Counted from the first letter of the stretch, positions 1 through 9,725 are shown. The stretch: DNA of 39,464 bases from an uncultured Candidatus Saccharibacteria bacterium (GCA_964432455.1 CAYSNO010000001.1:4883-44346); one strand, 5' to 3'. Made by a program: numbers and translations. The notes: generated from the letters alone by a model not told the origin.

Positions 1-5
1 GGCTG

Positions 6-410
6 ATGGCTACTCAGTATCTCAACACCTATACTTTTCACAAACTGCCAGGCGGTGGTATTGATGGTGGTGAAAGTATCACCGAAGCCTTACGTCGTGA
101 AATTAAGGAAGAAGTGGGATGCGATAGTGTCGTCGGGGAACCAATTGGTGTCGTGATTGAGTACCGTAATAAGTACAATTTATTGCATGTTTCATACTGC
201 TACGTCGCTCAGGTGGTAGGACCAATTTTAGAGTCAGCCCTTGAACCGGGAGAAATTGAAGAAGGACAAGAAACTAAATGGGTCACCCCAACCGAACTTG
301 AAATGCTCATGGTCAATGATCAACCACAAAAGTATGAAGGTTACTTTATCCGAGAACGGGAATTGGCGTTTTTACGTGAATTTTTACAGAGAGAAATTAC
401 GACGAAGTAA
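6..410 (+). CDS. NUDIX hydrolase, probably 5'-truncated by the window edge
   Basis: Nudix box GGGIDGGESITEALRREIKEEVG lies only ~15 aa from the first Met, too close for a complete Nudix fold. Confidence 0.8.
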   Translation: MATQYLNTYTFHKLPGGGIDGGESITEALRREIKEEVGCDSVVGEPIGVVIEYRNKYNLLHVSYCYVAQVVGPILESALEPGEIEEGQETKWVTPTELEMLMVNDQPQKYEGYFIRERELAFLREFLQREITTK

Positions 411-551
411 CGGTTCTGGTTTTTTAAAATCTGTGTCCTGGTGGGTGGCTTTTCGTAACTGACACTTGAATTGTGAACAGAACGGTCATCTTTTTACGAA
501 GCTTGTAGCAGTCGTGAGCTACACTAAAAGTATTAGATATAAGTAAAAAAC

Positions 552-1367
552 ATGAATAAAACCTACAGTTTTATGGTGATGCTGTTGTTATTGGGATTTG
601 GTGCCAGCGCTGAAGCGGCTACCACCACTAGTTTGTATCCAACTGCGGATGGAACGTATACCGCCTGGACACCATCAACCGCTGGTACACACGCGGTACT
701 TGTTGATGAATCGGCTTGCAATGGCGTCACTGACTATGTGTCAGAAACTACTGTTGGTGATCGTGATTCATACTCAGTATCACTGGCGAGCGTGCCAACC
801 GGAGCCTTGATTACCAATATCGCGGTTACCCCGTGTGCATCACGTAATTCTTCAGGTAGTGGTAGTGCGACACTTGACCTCTTTTACCGGTTTGATGGGG
901 TTCAGAGTGCTGATGCTGGAGCTTATAGTCTCCCAACTGGTACCATACCAAGTGTACGTGCGACTACCAACTTTGGCTCACTTGCTCTGACAAAAACAGC
1001 TAGTAGTGCTTTGGAAGTAGGAGTAGTCTACAGTGCCGGAACCAAGGGAGTTCGAGTGAGTAATCTCGCTACGGTCATTACGTACACTACAGTACCAAAT
1101 GCACCAACCAATCTTTTTGCCGTCGCATCCAGTACTGGCACGAGTAGTTTTGCAGCCCTTTTCTGGACTGATAATTCCAGTAATGAGATCGGCTTCAATG
1201 TCGAACGAAGTCTTGACGGGGTGAACTTCAGTCTTTTGACCACTCGTACCGTGGCAAACTACAACGACTTTGCAGTCAGTGCTGGTAACACCTACTACTA
1301 CCGCATTAATGCGTACAACGCAGCTGGTAACTCTGCGTATACCACAGTGAAGTCGGTAACGTTCTAA
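552..1367 (+). CDS. Secreted protein with C-terminal fibronectin type III-like domain
   Basis: N-terminal signal peptide (MNKTYSFMVMLLLLGFGASAEA). The C-terminal segment PNAPTNL..WTDNSSNEIGFNVERS..YYYRINAYNAAGNS is FN3-like. TATAAG box at 538-543 lies 8 nt before the ATG. Confidence 0.6.
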   Translation: MNKTYSFMVMLLLLGFGASAEAATTTSLYPTADGTYTAWTPSTAGTHAVLVDESACNGVTDYVSETTVGDRDSYSVSLASVPTGALITNIAVTPCASRNSSGSGSATLDLFYRFDGVQSADAGAYSLPTGTIPSVRATTNFGSLALTKTASSALEVGVVYSAGTKGVRVSNLATVITYTTVPNAPTNLFAVASSTGTSSFAALFWTDNSSNEIGFNVERSLDGVNFSLLTTRTVANYNDFAVSAGNTYYYRINAYNAAGNSAYTTVKSVTF

Positions 1368-1387
1368 GGAATCACTCGTTACAATAC

Positions 1388-1410
1388 AAAAACCGCCTCG
1401 GGCGGTTTTT
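1388..1410. terminator. Bidirectional intrinsic terminator between convergent genes
   Basis: AAAAACCGCC-TCG-GGCGGTTTTT hairpin flanked by an A-run and a T-run. Confidence 0.75.
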
Positions 1411-1424
1411 GTATTATTCGGTAG

Positions 1425-2507
1425 CTATTTCAAATGCGCTTTGATACCAGCCACGTGTTCTTCATAGGTGGCATTGCAGTAGAAGGTGCCGTCGTCAGTG
1501 TGATAGTAGAAAAGACAATCGGTGTCGCGGGGATTGAGGGCGGCGATAATAGCGTCTATAGACGGGTTTGCAATCGGTGCTGGGGGCAGACCAACATTTT
1601 GGTAGGTGTTGTACGGCGACTTAATAAATTTATCTTGCGCCCTCGGGACCGGCCACCAGCGACCACCTGCGGCCGCACTTTGCTCGCCGCGGGCGTACTG
1701 GAGCGTGGCATCAATCTGCAGTTTCATGTCAATAAACAGTCGATTCCAAATGACGCCGGAGATATAGCGCATATCATCAAAGTCATACGCCTCACGCTCG
1801 ATCAAAGAAGCAATAATGAGGGCGTCTTTGAGGGGGAGTGTTTTGGCCACTTCGTCGGTGTAGCGTGTTCGCACCTCCGCATTAAAGCGCTCAGCGACTG
1901 CTATTGCTACTTCCTCCGGTCCGGCATCACTTGTCACGATATACCGTCCGGGATAGAGCTTGCCGTCTTTGATAGCGGGGACCTCGTCCATCAATCGCTC
2001 GGTAAAGAGAGTTTTTTCCTCGGGGGTCCAACGGAGAATCCGGGCAAAGTTTTTGGCGATTTCTTCATGGCGTTCACCGGACTGAATAATGAGAATACGG
2101 GTGGCTGGAGTAGCGAGGTTTTGGTACCAGTCATGCTCAGTGAGTTTCGCCAGCGCGCGATCAAACCAGCTGTCGCCAATCGCTGGTTTTGTGTGATTGC
2201 TCGCCACAAACGCGGACATATACGCGTCGACGTCGGGATTCTCTTCAATCACCTTGGCTACTGGATCAACTCCAATTGGGAGTGGGGGGAGGGGAGTATC
2301 AGTTGCGACTACCGTGGCGTCGGTGTTCGTGAGCGCTGCGGTCTTTTGAGTGAGGAGTGCGATTAAAGCCACTCCCGCCAGGGTGCAAAGAAAAGTGCTC
2401 GTCCAGATAACCAGACGAAGGTAATTTTTAGGACGTTTTCTGGTAGACGGTATAGATACAGGCATACAGCGTAACAACATACATATAATACCAGATGCAG
2501 TAATCAT
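1425..2507 (-). CDS. mltG: Endolytic murein transglycosylase MltG (YceG-like)
   Basis: N-terminal TM segment plus YceG motifs LIIASLIEREA, VIWNRL, LQIDATLQYA and SPYNTYQNVGLPPAPIANPS. Confidence 0.85.
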   Translation of the reverse strand: MITASGIICMLLRCMPVSIPSTRKRPKNYLRLVIWTSTFLCTLAGVALIALLTQKTAALTNTDATVVATDTPLPPLPIGVDPVAKVIEENPDVDAYMSAFVASNHTKPAIGDSWFDRALAKLTEHDWYQNLATPATRILIIQSGERHEEIAKNFARILRWTPEEKTLFTERLMDEVPAIKDGKLYPGRYIVTSDAGPEEVAIAVAERFNAEVRTRYTDEVAKTLPLKDALIIASLIEREAYDFDDMRYISGVIWNRLFIDMKLQIDATLQYARGEQSAAAGGRWWPVPRAQDKFIKSPYNTYQNVGLPPAPIANPSIDAIIAALNPRDTDCLFYYHTDDGTFYCNATYEEHVAGIKAHLK

Positions 2508-2512
2508 ATTTC

Positions 2513-2522
2513 TGCTATACTA
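2513..2522. promoter_or_regulatory. Overlapping divergent -10 boxes for mltG (-) and the 2531 ORF (+)
   Basis: TGcTATACT on + (hexamer 2516-2521, 9 nt before ATG 2531). The same palindromic CTATACTAG gives TAGTAT on - (2517-2522, 9 nt before ATG 2507). Confidence 0.5.
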
Positions 2523-2530
2523 GGGATTAT

Positions 2531-2983
2531 ATGCCGTCAGGAAAGCATTCATTACTCGCAGGGATTATTGTGTTCCTCGGGGTAGGAGCGGTTGCACTCG
2601 TTGTCTATAACGCCATTTTGGTATATATGGCGATGCCGTCGCGAGCAGATGTGATTAATTTTGCGGGTGAGGTAAAAGATTCGGCGACCGAGACCGGGAT
2701 TGATGTGGTCGGCTCGCTCGTACCTGATGCGGGTATGACGACCGCGACCAATGAACCGAGTGCAGCGACAGCTGCTGCCCCGATACAACACGATTGGCTG
2801 TCACCAGAACAACGCCGGACGCTCACCAAGCTTGGTATCGATGAGTCAAAATTACCATCAAAACTCACTCCCGAGCTCGAAGCTTGTTTTGTGAAGGTGC
2901 TTGGAGAAGTGCGAGTCGAGGCTATCAAACTGGGTGATTCGCCAACCGTGGTAGAGGGAATGAAAGCAGCGACTTGCCTATAG
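2531..2983 (+). CDS. Hypothetical membrane-anchored protein
   Basis: 150-aa ORF with one N-terminal TM helix. No recognisable domain. Promoter-proximal start. Confidence 0.55.
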   Translation: MPSGKHSLLAGIIVFLGVGAVALVVYNAILVYMAMPSRADVINFAGEVKDSATETGIDVVGSLVPDAGMTTATNEPSAATAAAPIQHDWLSPEQRRTLTKLGIDESKLPSKLTPELEACFVKVLGEVRVEAIKLGDSPTVVEGMKAATCL

Positions 2984-3010
2984 TCCCGACTGTGATAGGC
3001 TACCTTTCAT

Positions 3011-3769
3011 ATGCAAAAAGAACTCGTTTATATCTACGGAAAACACGCCATTGATGAGGCCTTGAGTTTTCGTCCTGACTTGGTTTCTGAACTCTACGTA
3101 GCGGCGGATTTTCGTGATGCTAAACTTCTTGCCAAATTCGAACGAGCTAAAGTAGCGCCAAAACTGCTTAATGAAAAGCGTCTACCAGGCGGCCTTCGTA
3201 ACGATGCAGTACACCAAGGAGTGATAGCCGGTGTGTATGTAGCCGGACTCATTACTGAGTACAAGCGCTTTATGGACACGCTGACCTTAACGCCTGACAC
3301 GGCCATTCTCGTCCTTGGTGAAGTACAAGACCCGCACAATGTGGGTGCTGTCATTCGTTCCGCTGCTGCTTGTGGCTTCGCTGCGGTCATGATTCCACCA
3401 CATAATCAAGCACCACTCACGGGGACGGTAGTGAAGGTGTCTGCTGGTATGGCCTTCCGTATCCCGATTGTTGAAATCCGCAACGTAAACGCTACCTTAA
3501 CTGACCTTAAGAAACGTGGTGCGTGGGTATATGGATTAGCTGGAGAGGCTGGCTCAGTGCCACTGCCAACCGAACGCTTCACGAAACCATCGGTATTTGT
3601 ACTTGGGAACGAGGGCCATGGGCTTCGCCAAAAGACTCGCGAGGCATGTGATACGTTGTTGTCGATTCCGATGCATCCACGCTGTGAATCCCTCAATGCA
3701 GCTGCGTCTGCAGCGATTGTCATGTACGCCTGGAGTACTGAACATGGGGGAGCACTCCAACCTTCCTAA
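3011..3769 (+). CDS. TrmH/SpoU-family RNA 2'-O-methyltransferase (RlmB-like)
   Basis: N-terminal substrate-binding segment IYGKHAIDEAL. SpoU motifs include DPHNVGAVIRSA, LGNEGHGL and SLNAAASAAI. Confidence 0.8.
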   Translation: MQKELVYIYGKHAIDEALSFRPDLVSELYVAADFRDAKLLAKFERAKVAPKLLNEKRLPGGLRNDAVHQGVIAGVYVAGLITEYKRFMDTLTLTPDTAILVLGEVQDPHNVGAVIRSAAACGFAAVMIPPHNQAPLTGTVVKVSAGMAFRIPIVEIRNVNATLTDLKKRGAWVYGLAGEAGSVPLPTERFTKPSVFVLGNEGHGLRQKTREACDTLLSIPMHPRCESLNAAASAAIVMYAWSTEHGGALQPS

Positions 3770-3851
3770 AAAACCTGTGGTATACTAACGGCGTTATTAC
3801 AAAGGCGAAGTGCCTTCCGTGATCACGCTTATTTGTTTGTTACATTAGACT

Positions 3852-4778
3852 ATGCAAGAACCTACGAACACGTCTACGCCACAGCCAACATCGGCTGATT
3901 CTACAGAGACTACTTCTACTACTGAAACCATCGTTGCTACAACCGAAACTGTTTCTTCACCTGAAGCTACGCCAGTAACTGTTTCGACTGATTCGCCAGC
4001 GGTTGCTGATACACCTACACCAGAAGTGATTACCACCACGCCGCCGGTTGTGGCAGTTACAAGTGCTCGTCGTCAGGCCTTGAAGCAATACGGTATTGCC
4101 TTTTTGATTGTGGCTATTATGGGCGGTGCATTGTGGTACCTCCTTGAAAAGCAGGGACGAGTGCAGACGGGTGTCTTTGATAAAATCACCGCGCTCGTGC
4201 GACCAGAGCCTGCTGTTGTGAAAGTAAATGGTGAAAAGATTCCAAAGTCACTGTACGACAAAAACTACGAACAGCTATCTCTGCAAGCTGCTTCACAAGG
4301 AGCTGATGCAACTGATCCAACCACCGCTGAACAAATTAAAAAGCAGGCTATTGATGTCCTCGTGAATAGTGCACTCTTGAAGCAGGCTGCCCGTAAAGCT
4401 GGCGTAGTTGTCACAGATGATCAAATCACTGAACGCTATCAGGGTATTGTTGATGCACAGGGGGGTGAAGAAGCACTCGCTGCACGGATGGCAGAACTGA
4501 AAATCACCAAAGAAGGGCTCATGAAGGATATTGAAGAGGAGATCCTCATCCAGACGCACCTCGATAGTGCGATTGATATCAAGAGTATTGAAGTAACTAA
4601 AGAAGAAGTAGATGCCTTTTATAAGAGTGTGACCAGTAACCCTGATGTAAAAGTACCACCTCTTGAGGAAGTTCGTGAGCAAGTTGAACAAGAGATTCGC
4701 TATGGTAAGCAGCAGGAACTCATTAGTGACTACATTGATACCCTTAAGAAGGATGCTCAAGTAGAAGTGCTTATCTAA
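3852..4778 (+). CDS. Membrane-anchored SurA-N/PrsA-like chaperone-type protein
   Basis: Thr/Ser/Pro-rich N-terminus, one TM helix, then a SurA N-terminal-like helical region (VNGEKIPKSLYDKNYEQL...). No clear PPIase core seen. Confidence 0.55.
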   Translation: MQEPTNTSTPQPTSADSTETTSTTETIVATTETVSSPEATPVTVSTDSPAVADTPTPEVITTTPPVVAVTSARRQALKQYGIAFLIVAIMGGALWYLLEKQGRVQTGVFDKITALVRPEPAVVKVNGEKIPKSLYDKNYEQLSLQAASQGADATDPTTAEQIKKQAIDVLVNSALLKQAARKAGVVVTDDQITERYQGIVDAQGGEEALAARMAELKITKEGLMKDIEEEILIQTHLDSAIDIKSIEVTKEEVDAFYKSVTSNPDVKVPPLEEVREQVEQEIRYGKQQELISDYIDTLKKDAQVEVLI

Positions 4779-4786
4779 TACCGTTC

Positions 4787-6040
4787 ATGAATGAGGTCGC
4801 GACATACGCCAAACAAGTTACCTACCGACCCGAAGAACGTGTAGCGCTTTTGCGGAGTCTGTCGAAAGGTGAGCAAAGTGTTATCTTGCAATCGGTTTCG
4901 GCGTATGTGCAGCAGCAGGTCCTCCGTGAACTGACCGATCATGAAGTGGTTGATGTCCTTGATCACATGGATTTGCAGGCCGCCCAGCGACTTGTGATGC
5001 GCATCAAAGATACCAAGCGACGTGAGAAGATTGTAGCGGCACTTAAGGCCGATATCAAAGACAAGGTGGAATTCTTTTTACGCTTTCATCCCAAAGCTTC
5101 GTTTTCGTTGGTCCACTTCAATTACGTCTTTGTTCCCGAAACGACCACCATTGCAGAGGCTGGTGACATCATCGAAACGCATTACGAAGAGACCGGTAAA
5201 TTCCCCGAGATACTCGTCCACGATGCTGGGGTGCTCAAAGGGGAAGTGCCACTTGGCGTCTTGGTGAAGGAACGAAGCAACTTGGCCCTCAGTAAATTTG
5301 TGTTACCAGTAACGACGATTTCATTTCAAGCCGAAGTGAATGAAATCATGGGTGCTATCACCGGCTCGGGTAAACGAAAGGTAGTGGTCCTTGATAATGA
5401 TGAGAGTGTACTCGGGATTATTTATGCCGACGATGCTCTTGATCTCTTTGGTCACATGCCAGCCGAATCACTCTACTCCTTTACCGGCGTGGTGAGTAGT
5501 GAGCGGCCATTTGACTCCGCAATACTGAAGTTCAAAAACCGCATTCCGTGGTTGATTGTGAATCTCGTGACAGCTTTTATGGCCGGTGGTGTTGTCCTCG
5601 CATTTAATGACACGATTGATAAGCTCGCGCTTCTTGCTGTGTATATGCCGATTGTGGCTGGTATGGGTGGCAATGCCTCGAGTCAAACCTTTGCGGTGAC
5701 CATGCGGGGTATAACCTTGGGTACTATCTCACTTGAAAATGCGCTACCAGCGATTAAGCGCGAATTACTTGGTAGCTTCTACAGTGGGGTGGTGATTGGA
5801 TTTATAGTATCTGTCGTTTCTGTTATTTGGAACGGATCGTGGTTACTTGGTCTGGTGGTCGGATTGTCGATGATAATATCGCATATGGTAGCTGGCCTCT
5901 TTGGAGCGCTGGTGCCCCTTGTAATTAAGCGTCTCGGGTATGACCCGGCGACCATCTCGATGGTGTTTATTTCAACCGCAACTGATGTATTGGGTTTTGC
6001 TTGTCTTCTGGGTCTTGGTACACTCATTCTTATGCAGTAA
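4787..6040 (+). CDS. mgtE: Magnesium transporter MgtE
   Basis: MgtE N-domain, CBS pair and TM domain with the GGNASSQTFAVTMRGITLG motif. Confidence 0.9.
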   Translation: MNEVATYAKQVTYRPEERVALLRSLSKGEQSVILQSVSAYVQQQVLRELTDHEVVDVLDHMDLQAAQRLVMRIKDTKRREKIVAALKADIKDKVEFFLRFHPKASFSLVHFNYVFVPETTTIAEAGDIIETHYEETGKFPEILVHDAGVLKGEVPLGVLVKERSNLALSKFVLPVTTISFQAEVNEIMGAITGSGKRKVVVLDNDESVLGIIYADDALDLFGHMPAESLYSFTGVVSSERPFDSAILKFKNRIPWLIVNLVTAFMAGGVVLAFNDTIDKLALLAVYMPIVAGMGGNASSQTFAVTMRGITLGTISLENALPAIKRELLGSFYSGVVIGFIVSVVSVIWNGSWLLGLVVGLSMIISHMVAGLFGALVPLVIKRLGYDPATISMVFISTATDVLGFACLLGLGTLILMQ

Positions 6041-6049
6041 TGATGAAAA

Positions 6050-6415
6050 TCATTTGTGCTCCACGTGATAGCGACAAAGGCCATGAACGGTGATTTCAAA
6101 GCTGCTTGGCATAAAATTTGTGAGGCCTAGTAACTGCTTGATTTTTTCATCGGGGGCGGTGAAGTGTATTACTTCGTGACATTCGTCACAGACAGCGTGG
6201 TGGTGCGGGTGCGGTTGGTACTCAAAGAGCGCTTCACCGCCGAGGGTAATTTTTTTGACGTCGCCTTCAGCGACAAATTGATCAAGGTTACGATACACAG
6301 TAGTGAGATCGATATGGGGGAGGGCGTTTTGAATAGCCGCTGCTGAAACCGCGCCGTGTGTGGCACTCAGATACTGGCGAATATCCTCGCGTTTTTGACT
6401 AAATCGTTTTTGCAT
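6050..6415 (-). CDS. Fur-family metalloregulator (Zur-like by context)
   Basis: Fur-like winged helix (LTTVYRNLDQFVAEG) and an HHHAVCDEC metal site. Start moved to MQKRF (6415): TATACT at 6423-6428 lies 7 nt upstream. Divergent from the ZIP zinc transporter. Confidence 0.8.
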   Translation of the reverse strand: MQKRFSQKREDIRQYLSATHGAVSAAAIQNALPHIDLTTVYRNLDQFVAEGDVKKITLGGEALFEYQPHPHHHAVCDECHEVIHFTAPDEKIKQLLGLTNFMPSSFEITVHGLCRYHVEHK

Positions 6416-6444
6416 TTCAGGTAGTATATCGCAAAGTGAGCTAT

Positions 6445-6465
6445 TAATGCAAATAACTTGCACTA
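6445..6465. promoter_or_regulatory. Candidate Fur/Zur operator (8-5-8 imperfect palindrome)
   Basis: TAATGCAAataacTTGCAcTA in the fur-ZIP divergent spacer. A third half-site TTGCATTA lies at 6503-6510. Confidence 0.4.
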
Positions 6466-6527
6466 ACGAAAAGTCTTTGCTACTATGACTAATACAAGTA
6501 TTTTGCATTAACAGTAGTTATAGAGAT

Positions 6528-7352
6528 ATGGAAATAAGTATGGTGTTACTGGCCGGTGCAGCCATCATGATGATGTCGCTTATCGGTATTCTCTTTGTGG
6601 GACGAAAGGCAGAGGCTTGGCTCGGTGAGCGTCTCTCGTACCTCGTGGCTTTTTCGGCAGGGGTCTTTTTGGTCACCGGTGGTGCGATGACACTTGAAGT
6701 ATTTCATCTGTTTGAAGACATGTTGTGGTTTGGTCTCGCTATGATTGCCCTGGGGTATCTCGGTGGATGGCTGATTGAGTATCTGCTACCGGAGTCTCAT
6801 CACCATCATGACCCACATGATCATGATCATCATCATGGACGCGGTAGTGCTCGCAAGATTATTATTGGTGACGCTATCCACAACATTGGTGACGGTATTA
6901 TGCTCGTTCCGGCTTTCGTGATTTCGCTAACCCTAGGACTGGCTGTGACGGTATCAATCATGGTACACGAGGCGCTTCAGGAAATGTCTGAGTTTTTTGT
7001 ATTGAAGCAAGCTGGCTACAGTACCAAAAAAGCTCTGACGGTAAATTTTATCGTATCAGGATCGGTGTTTGTAGGTATTGGTCTGGCATACCTCGCACTT
7101 GCCACCCATGAACTGGAGGGTATCCTCCTCGCGTTTGGGGCCGGGTTTTTCCTCCATGTTGTATTTCATGATTTGCTCCCGAAGCGCCATGAACACGAGT
7201 CGGTGCGTACATTTGTGCAACATCTCGTAGTGCTCGTAATTGGGCTCCTCTTAATGGCGTTCTTGGCCTACGTCCTCGCCGGCAGTCACGTACATGGTGA
7301 AGATACTCACGACGAAGCACTTCCACATGAAGCGGCTAGCCTCGCGGACTAA
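6528..7352 (+). CDS. ZIP-family zinc/metal transporter (ZupT-like)
   Basis: His-rich loop HHHHDPHDHDHHHG. ZIP motifs HNIGDG and HEALQEMSEF. About 8 TM helices. Confidence 0.85.
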   Translation: MEISMVLLAGAAIMMMSLIGILFVGRKAEAWLGERLSYLVAFSAGVFLVTGGAMTLEVFHLFEDMLWFGLAMIALGYLGGWLIEYLLPESHHHHDPHDHDHHHGRGSARKIIIGDAIHNIGDGIMLVPAFVISLTLGLAVTVSIMVHEALQEMSEFFVLKQAGYSTKKALTVNFIVSGSVFVGIGLAYLALATHELEGILLAFGAGFFLHVVFHDLLPKRHEHESVRTFVQHLVVLVIGLLLMAFLAYVLAGSHVHGEDTHDEALPHEAASLAD

Positions 7353-7419
7353 TCACCAATAATTGTATAGTTCTAGTCAGGTGGCTGGTTTTCCGCTATG
7401 CTGGTGGTATTAGTAGCTA

Positions 7420-8301
7420 TTGATACCTATGTTTTGGATTATTCTTATCGTCGCATTGTTACTCCTTCCGTCAATGCTGTATGTAGTACGGGGGAAGACG
7501 GCTGCGATTCTTGAAACCTTTGGTCGACCACACCCCCAGGCAGTATTCCCGGGACTTCACATCAAAGCGCCGTGGCCAATTACGAGTATTGTCGCGCGGG
7601 TTAATCTCCAGATTCAGGAGATTCACGCGGATGTATCGGTGAAGACGAGTGACAACGCCTTTATGACCTTACCAGTTAAGGTGCAGTACCGCGCGAGTGA
7701 TGATGGGGTAGGTGCTGTGAAGGCGCACTACGAGCTTGAAGCGCCAGAAAAGCAGATTGCGTCCTACGTCCTTAACAACGTCCGCCAGACAGCCTCGGGT
7801 ATGGAGATGACTGACCTTTATGCCAACCGTGATGCGGTTGAGCAAGAGGTCCAATCAGCCCTCTCAGCGCAGTTTGCTCGTTTTGGCTATATCATTGAAA
7901 ACGTACTCGTTGATGAACCACAACCAAGTGCTGAAGTTCGCGATGCTTTTAATCAGGTGATTGCGAGTAAGCGACTCATGGAGGCGGCACGTAACGAAGC
8001 TGAAGCGCAACGTATCAAGCTCGTCGGTGCCGCCCAGGCAGAAGCCGAGAGTAAGAAGCTTCAAGGTGAAGGTATGGCGCAGATGCGTGAGGCGATTGCG
8101 CGCGGACTCGAGGAAGCGATGCGTACCATGCAAAATGCCGGACTTACTACCGAACAGTCTATTCAGTTGCTCTCAGATACTAACCGCCTTGATACGATTA
8201 CGAGTGCAGCTGCTCATGGCAATACCATCATTCTTGATGCCGGCCAGAGCCGAGATTTGGCTGGTGTCGCAGCCGTGCTTGAGTCTATCAAGAAGCCGTA
8301 A
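7420..8301 (+). CDS. SPFH/Band 7 (prohibitin-like) membrane protein
   Basis: N-terminal TM helix, SPFH core, and an Ala/Glu-rich coiled coil (AEAQRIKLVGAAQAEAESKKLQGEG). The ATG at 7429 is an alternative to the TTG at 7420. Confidence 0.85.
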   Translation: MIPMFWIILIVALLLLPSMLYVVRGKTAAILETFGRPHPQAVFPGLHIKAPWPITSIVARVNLQIQEIHADVSVKTSDNAFMTLPVKVQYRASDDGVGAVKAHYELEAPEKQIASYVLNNVRQTASGMEMTDLYANRDAVEQEVQSALSAQFARFGYIIENVLVDEPQPSAEVRDAFNQVIASKRLMEAARNEAEAQRIKLVGAAQAEAESKKLQGEGMAQMREAIARGLEEAMRTMQNAGLTTEQSIQLLSDTNRLDTITSAAAHGNTIILDAGQSRDLAGVAAVLESIKKP

Positions 8302-8332
8302 AGCACTTACTGTGTTTTTTGCAAAAACCGTC

Positions 8333-8362
8333 CGAAGCAGTGGGCGGTTTTTGTGTGTGACG
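8333..8362 (+). terminator. Intrinsic terminator
   Basis: AACCGTCC...GGGCGGTT stem followed by TTTTT. Confidence 0.7.
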
Positions 8363-8382
8363 CCGTGATATACTTGGGGCAT

Positions 8383-8787
8383 ATGAATATCAGCCAATTT
8401 GTGACGTTGTACCTCATCTCAGTACCAATCTTTTTTGTCATTGATATGGTCTGGCTTGGGTTTGTAGCGAGTAATTTTTACAAAGAAAAACTCGGCTACA
8501 TCATGGGAGATATTAATTGGACGGCCGCCATCATCTTTTACTTAGTGTTTCTCGTTGGTCTCGTTATCTTTGCTATTTATCCAGCGGTAGTAAAAGGCGA
8601 ATGGCAATATGCGGTTATCTACGGAGCCCTCTTTGGTTTCTTTACCTACGCGACGTATGACCTCACGAACTTAGCTACCTTACGTGATTGGCCACTATCA
8701 ATCACGCTCGTTGATATGGCATGGGGTACGGTGCTTGGTATGTCAGTATCAGTGGTTACCTACCTGTTGTATGTCCGCTTCTTTTAA
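8383..8787 (+). CDS. DUF2177-like integral membrane protein
   Basis: Four TM helices with a D..WLGF motif. Start set at MNISQF: TGaTATACT (hexamer 8369-8374) lies 8 nt upstream. Confidence 0.6.
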   Translation: MNISQFVTLYLISVPIFFVIDMVWLGFVASNFYKEKLGYIMGDINWTAAIIFYLVFLVGLVIFAIYPAVVKGEWQYAVIYGALFGFFTYATYDLTNLATLRDWPLSITLVDMAWGTVLGMSVSVVTYLLYVRFF

Positions 8788-9289
8788 GGTACTTCTGGTG
8801 CTCTTGATTGGCGGAAGTCTCGCTGCTATGTTGTGGCAGTATCAGACACCTGCTCCTGTAGCTTCGCCCGAGCTCCAGCCGGTGACGACCACGCCTCGGA
8901 GTTACTATGAGCCACTTGTACCCTGGACACTGGGTGGACAGGCGGTCTTTGCGTCTTTGGCGACTACCGATGCTGAGCGTTCGCTTGGTCTCTCGTACAC
9001 CTCAGCGCTACCACCTGATGTGGTCAAAGTATTTGTTTTTGACACCGATGAACGTTGGTCATTTTGGATGAAGGGGATGGAGTATCCCATTGATATGGTG
9101 TGGGTTACCGCCACAGGTACCATTGCTCATATCGAAACAAATGTCTCACCATCTACGTACCCGCACTCATTTACACCACCGACTCCAAGCCGTTATGTGA
9201 TTGAGACGGTGCCAGGGTTATTTGCGAACTTAAACCTCAAGGTAGGGGGCAATGTGGACATGGCGGCTATTATTGAAAAAAATAATTAA
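8771..9289 (+). CDS. DUF192 domain protein
   Basis: Signal/TM segment plus the DUF192 core GLSYTS..FWMKGMEYPIDMVWV. Start moved to MSASFK. Overlaps the previous gene by 17 nt. Confidence 0.75.
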   Translation: MSASFKVLLVLLIGGSLAAMLWQYQTPAPVASPELQPVTTTPRSYYEPLVPWTLGGQAVFASLATTDAERSLGLSYTSALPPDVVKVFVFDTDERWSFWMKGMEYPIDMVWVTATGTIAHIETNVSPSTYPHSFTPPTPSRYVIETVPGLFANLNLKVGGNVDMAAIIEKNN

Positions 9290-9291
9290 TG

Positions 9292-9300
9292 TGTTATAAT
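9292..9300 (+). promoter_or_regulatory. Extended -10 promoter of rnpB
   Basis: TGtTATAAT immediately upstream of the RNase P RNA 5' end. Confidence 0.6.
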
Positions 9301-9305
9301 GTACA

Positions 9306-9640
9306 GGCACGATGGTCGCTGTCTTATTGAGACAGAGGAAAGTCCGAACACACCCAATCTTCACTGATTTGGAGACGCGTAGCGGGTAACACCCGTCCAT
9401 GGCAACATGAGAGGTGCGAGCAGAGACGCTCTGGTGCGAAAGTGTCAGAGATCCCCTCGGGGATAGCTCATAGTGAAAGCTATGAGGTGAAACGGCTAAA
9501 TCCTTATGTGTGTGCAAGGCCGTGTCCTCTAAGCGTTCGCGTTTAGAGGAAGAGCCGCAAGAGGTGACTGGTAACAGTTATCCCAGGTATATGACCATCC
9601 CGGGCCATTGGCTCGGACAGAATTCGGCTTATGTGCAAAA
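9306..9640 (+). ncRNA. rnpB: RNase P RNA, bacterial type A
   Basis: P4 strands GAGGAAAGTCCG (9335-9346) and ACAGAATTCGGCTTAT (9617-9632). P3 hairpin CTGTCT/AGACAG. GGTGAAACGGC and GGGTAACACCCG modules present. Ends are approximate. Confidence 0.9.
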
Positions 9641-9641
9641 A

Positions 9642-9676
9642 ATGCCCAGCTTGGAAACAAGTATGGGTATTTTTTG
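9642..9676 (+). terminator. Intrinsic terminator after rnpB
   Basis: ATGCCCA...TGGGTAT stem followed by TTTTT. Confidence 0.6.
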
Positions 9677-9725
9677 TGGTATCATAATCCCATTAATGTG
9701 AGGTAGTAAGCCGGAGTTTTGTGTT

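Noticed and set aside
1434-2366. 310-aa ORF on the + strand
   Set aside because: It lies entirely antisense to mltG, which has clear family motifs. The sequence is low-complexity with no promoter or start context. Shadow ORF.
9230-9701. ORFs 9230-9517 (-) and 9510-9701 (+)
   Set aside because: Both overlap the RNase P RNA gene, which is identified by its universally conserved P4 strands.
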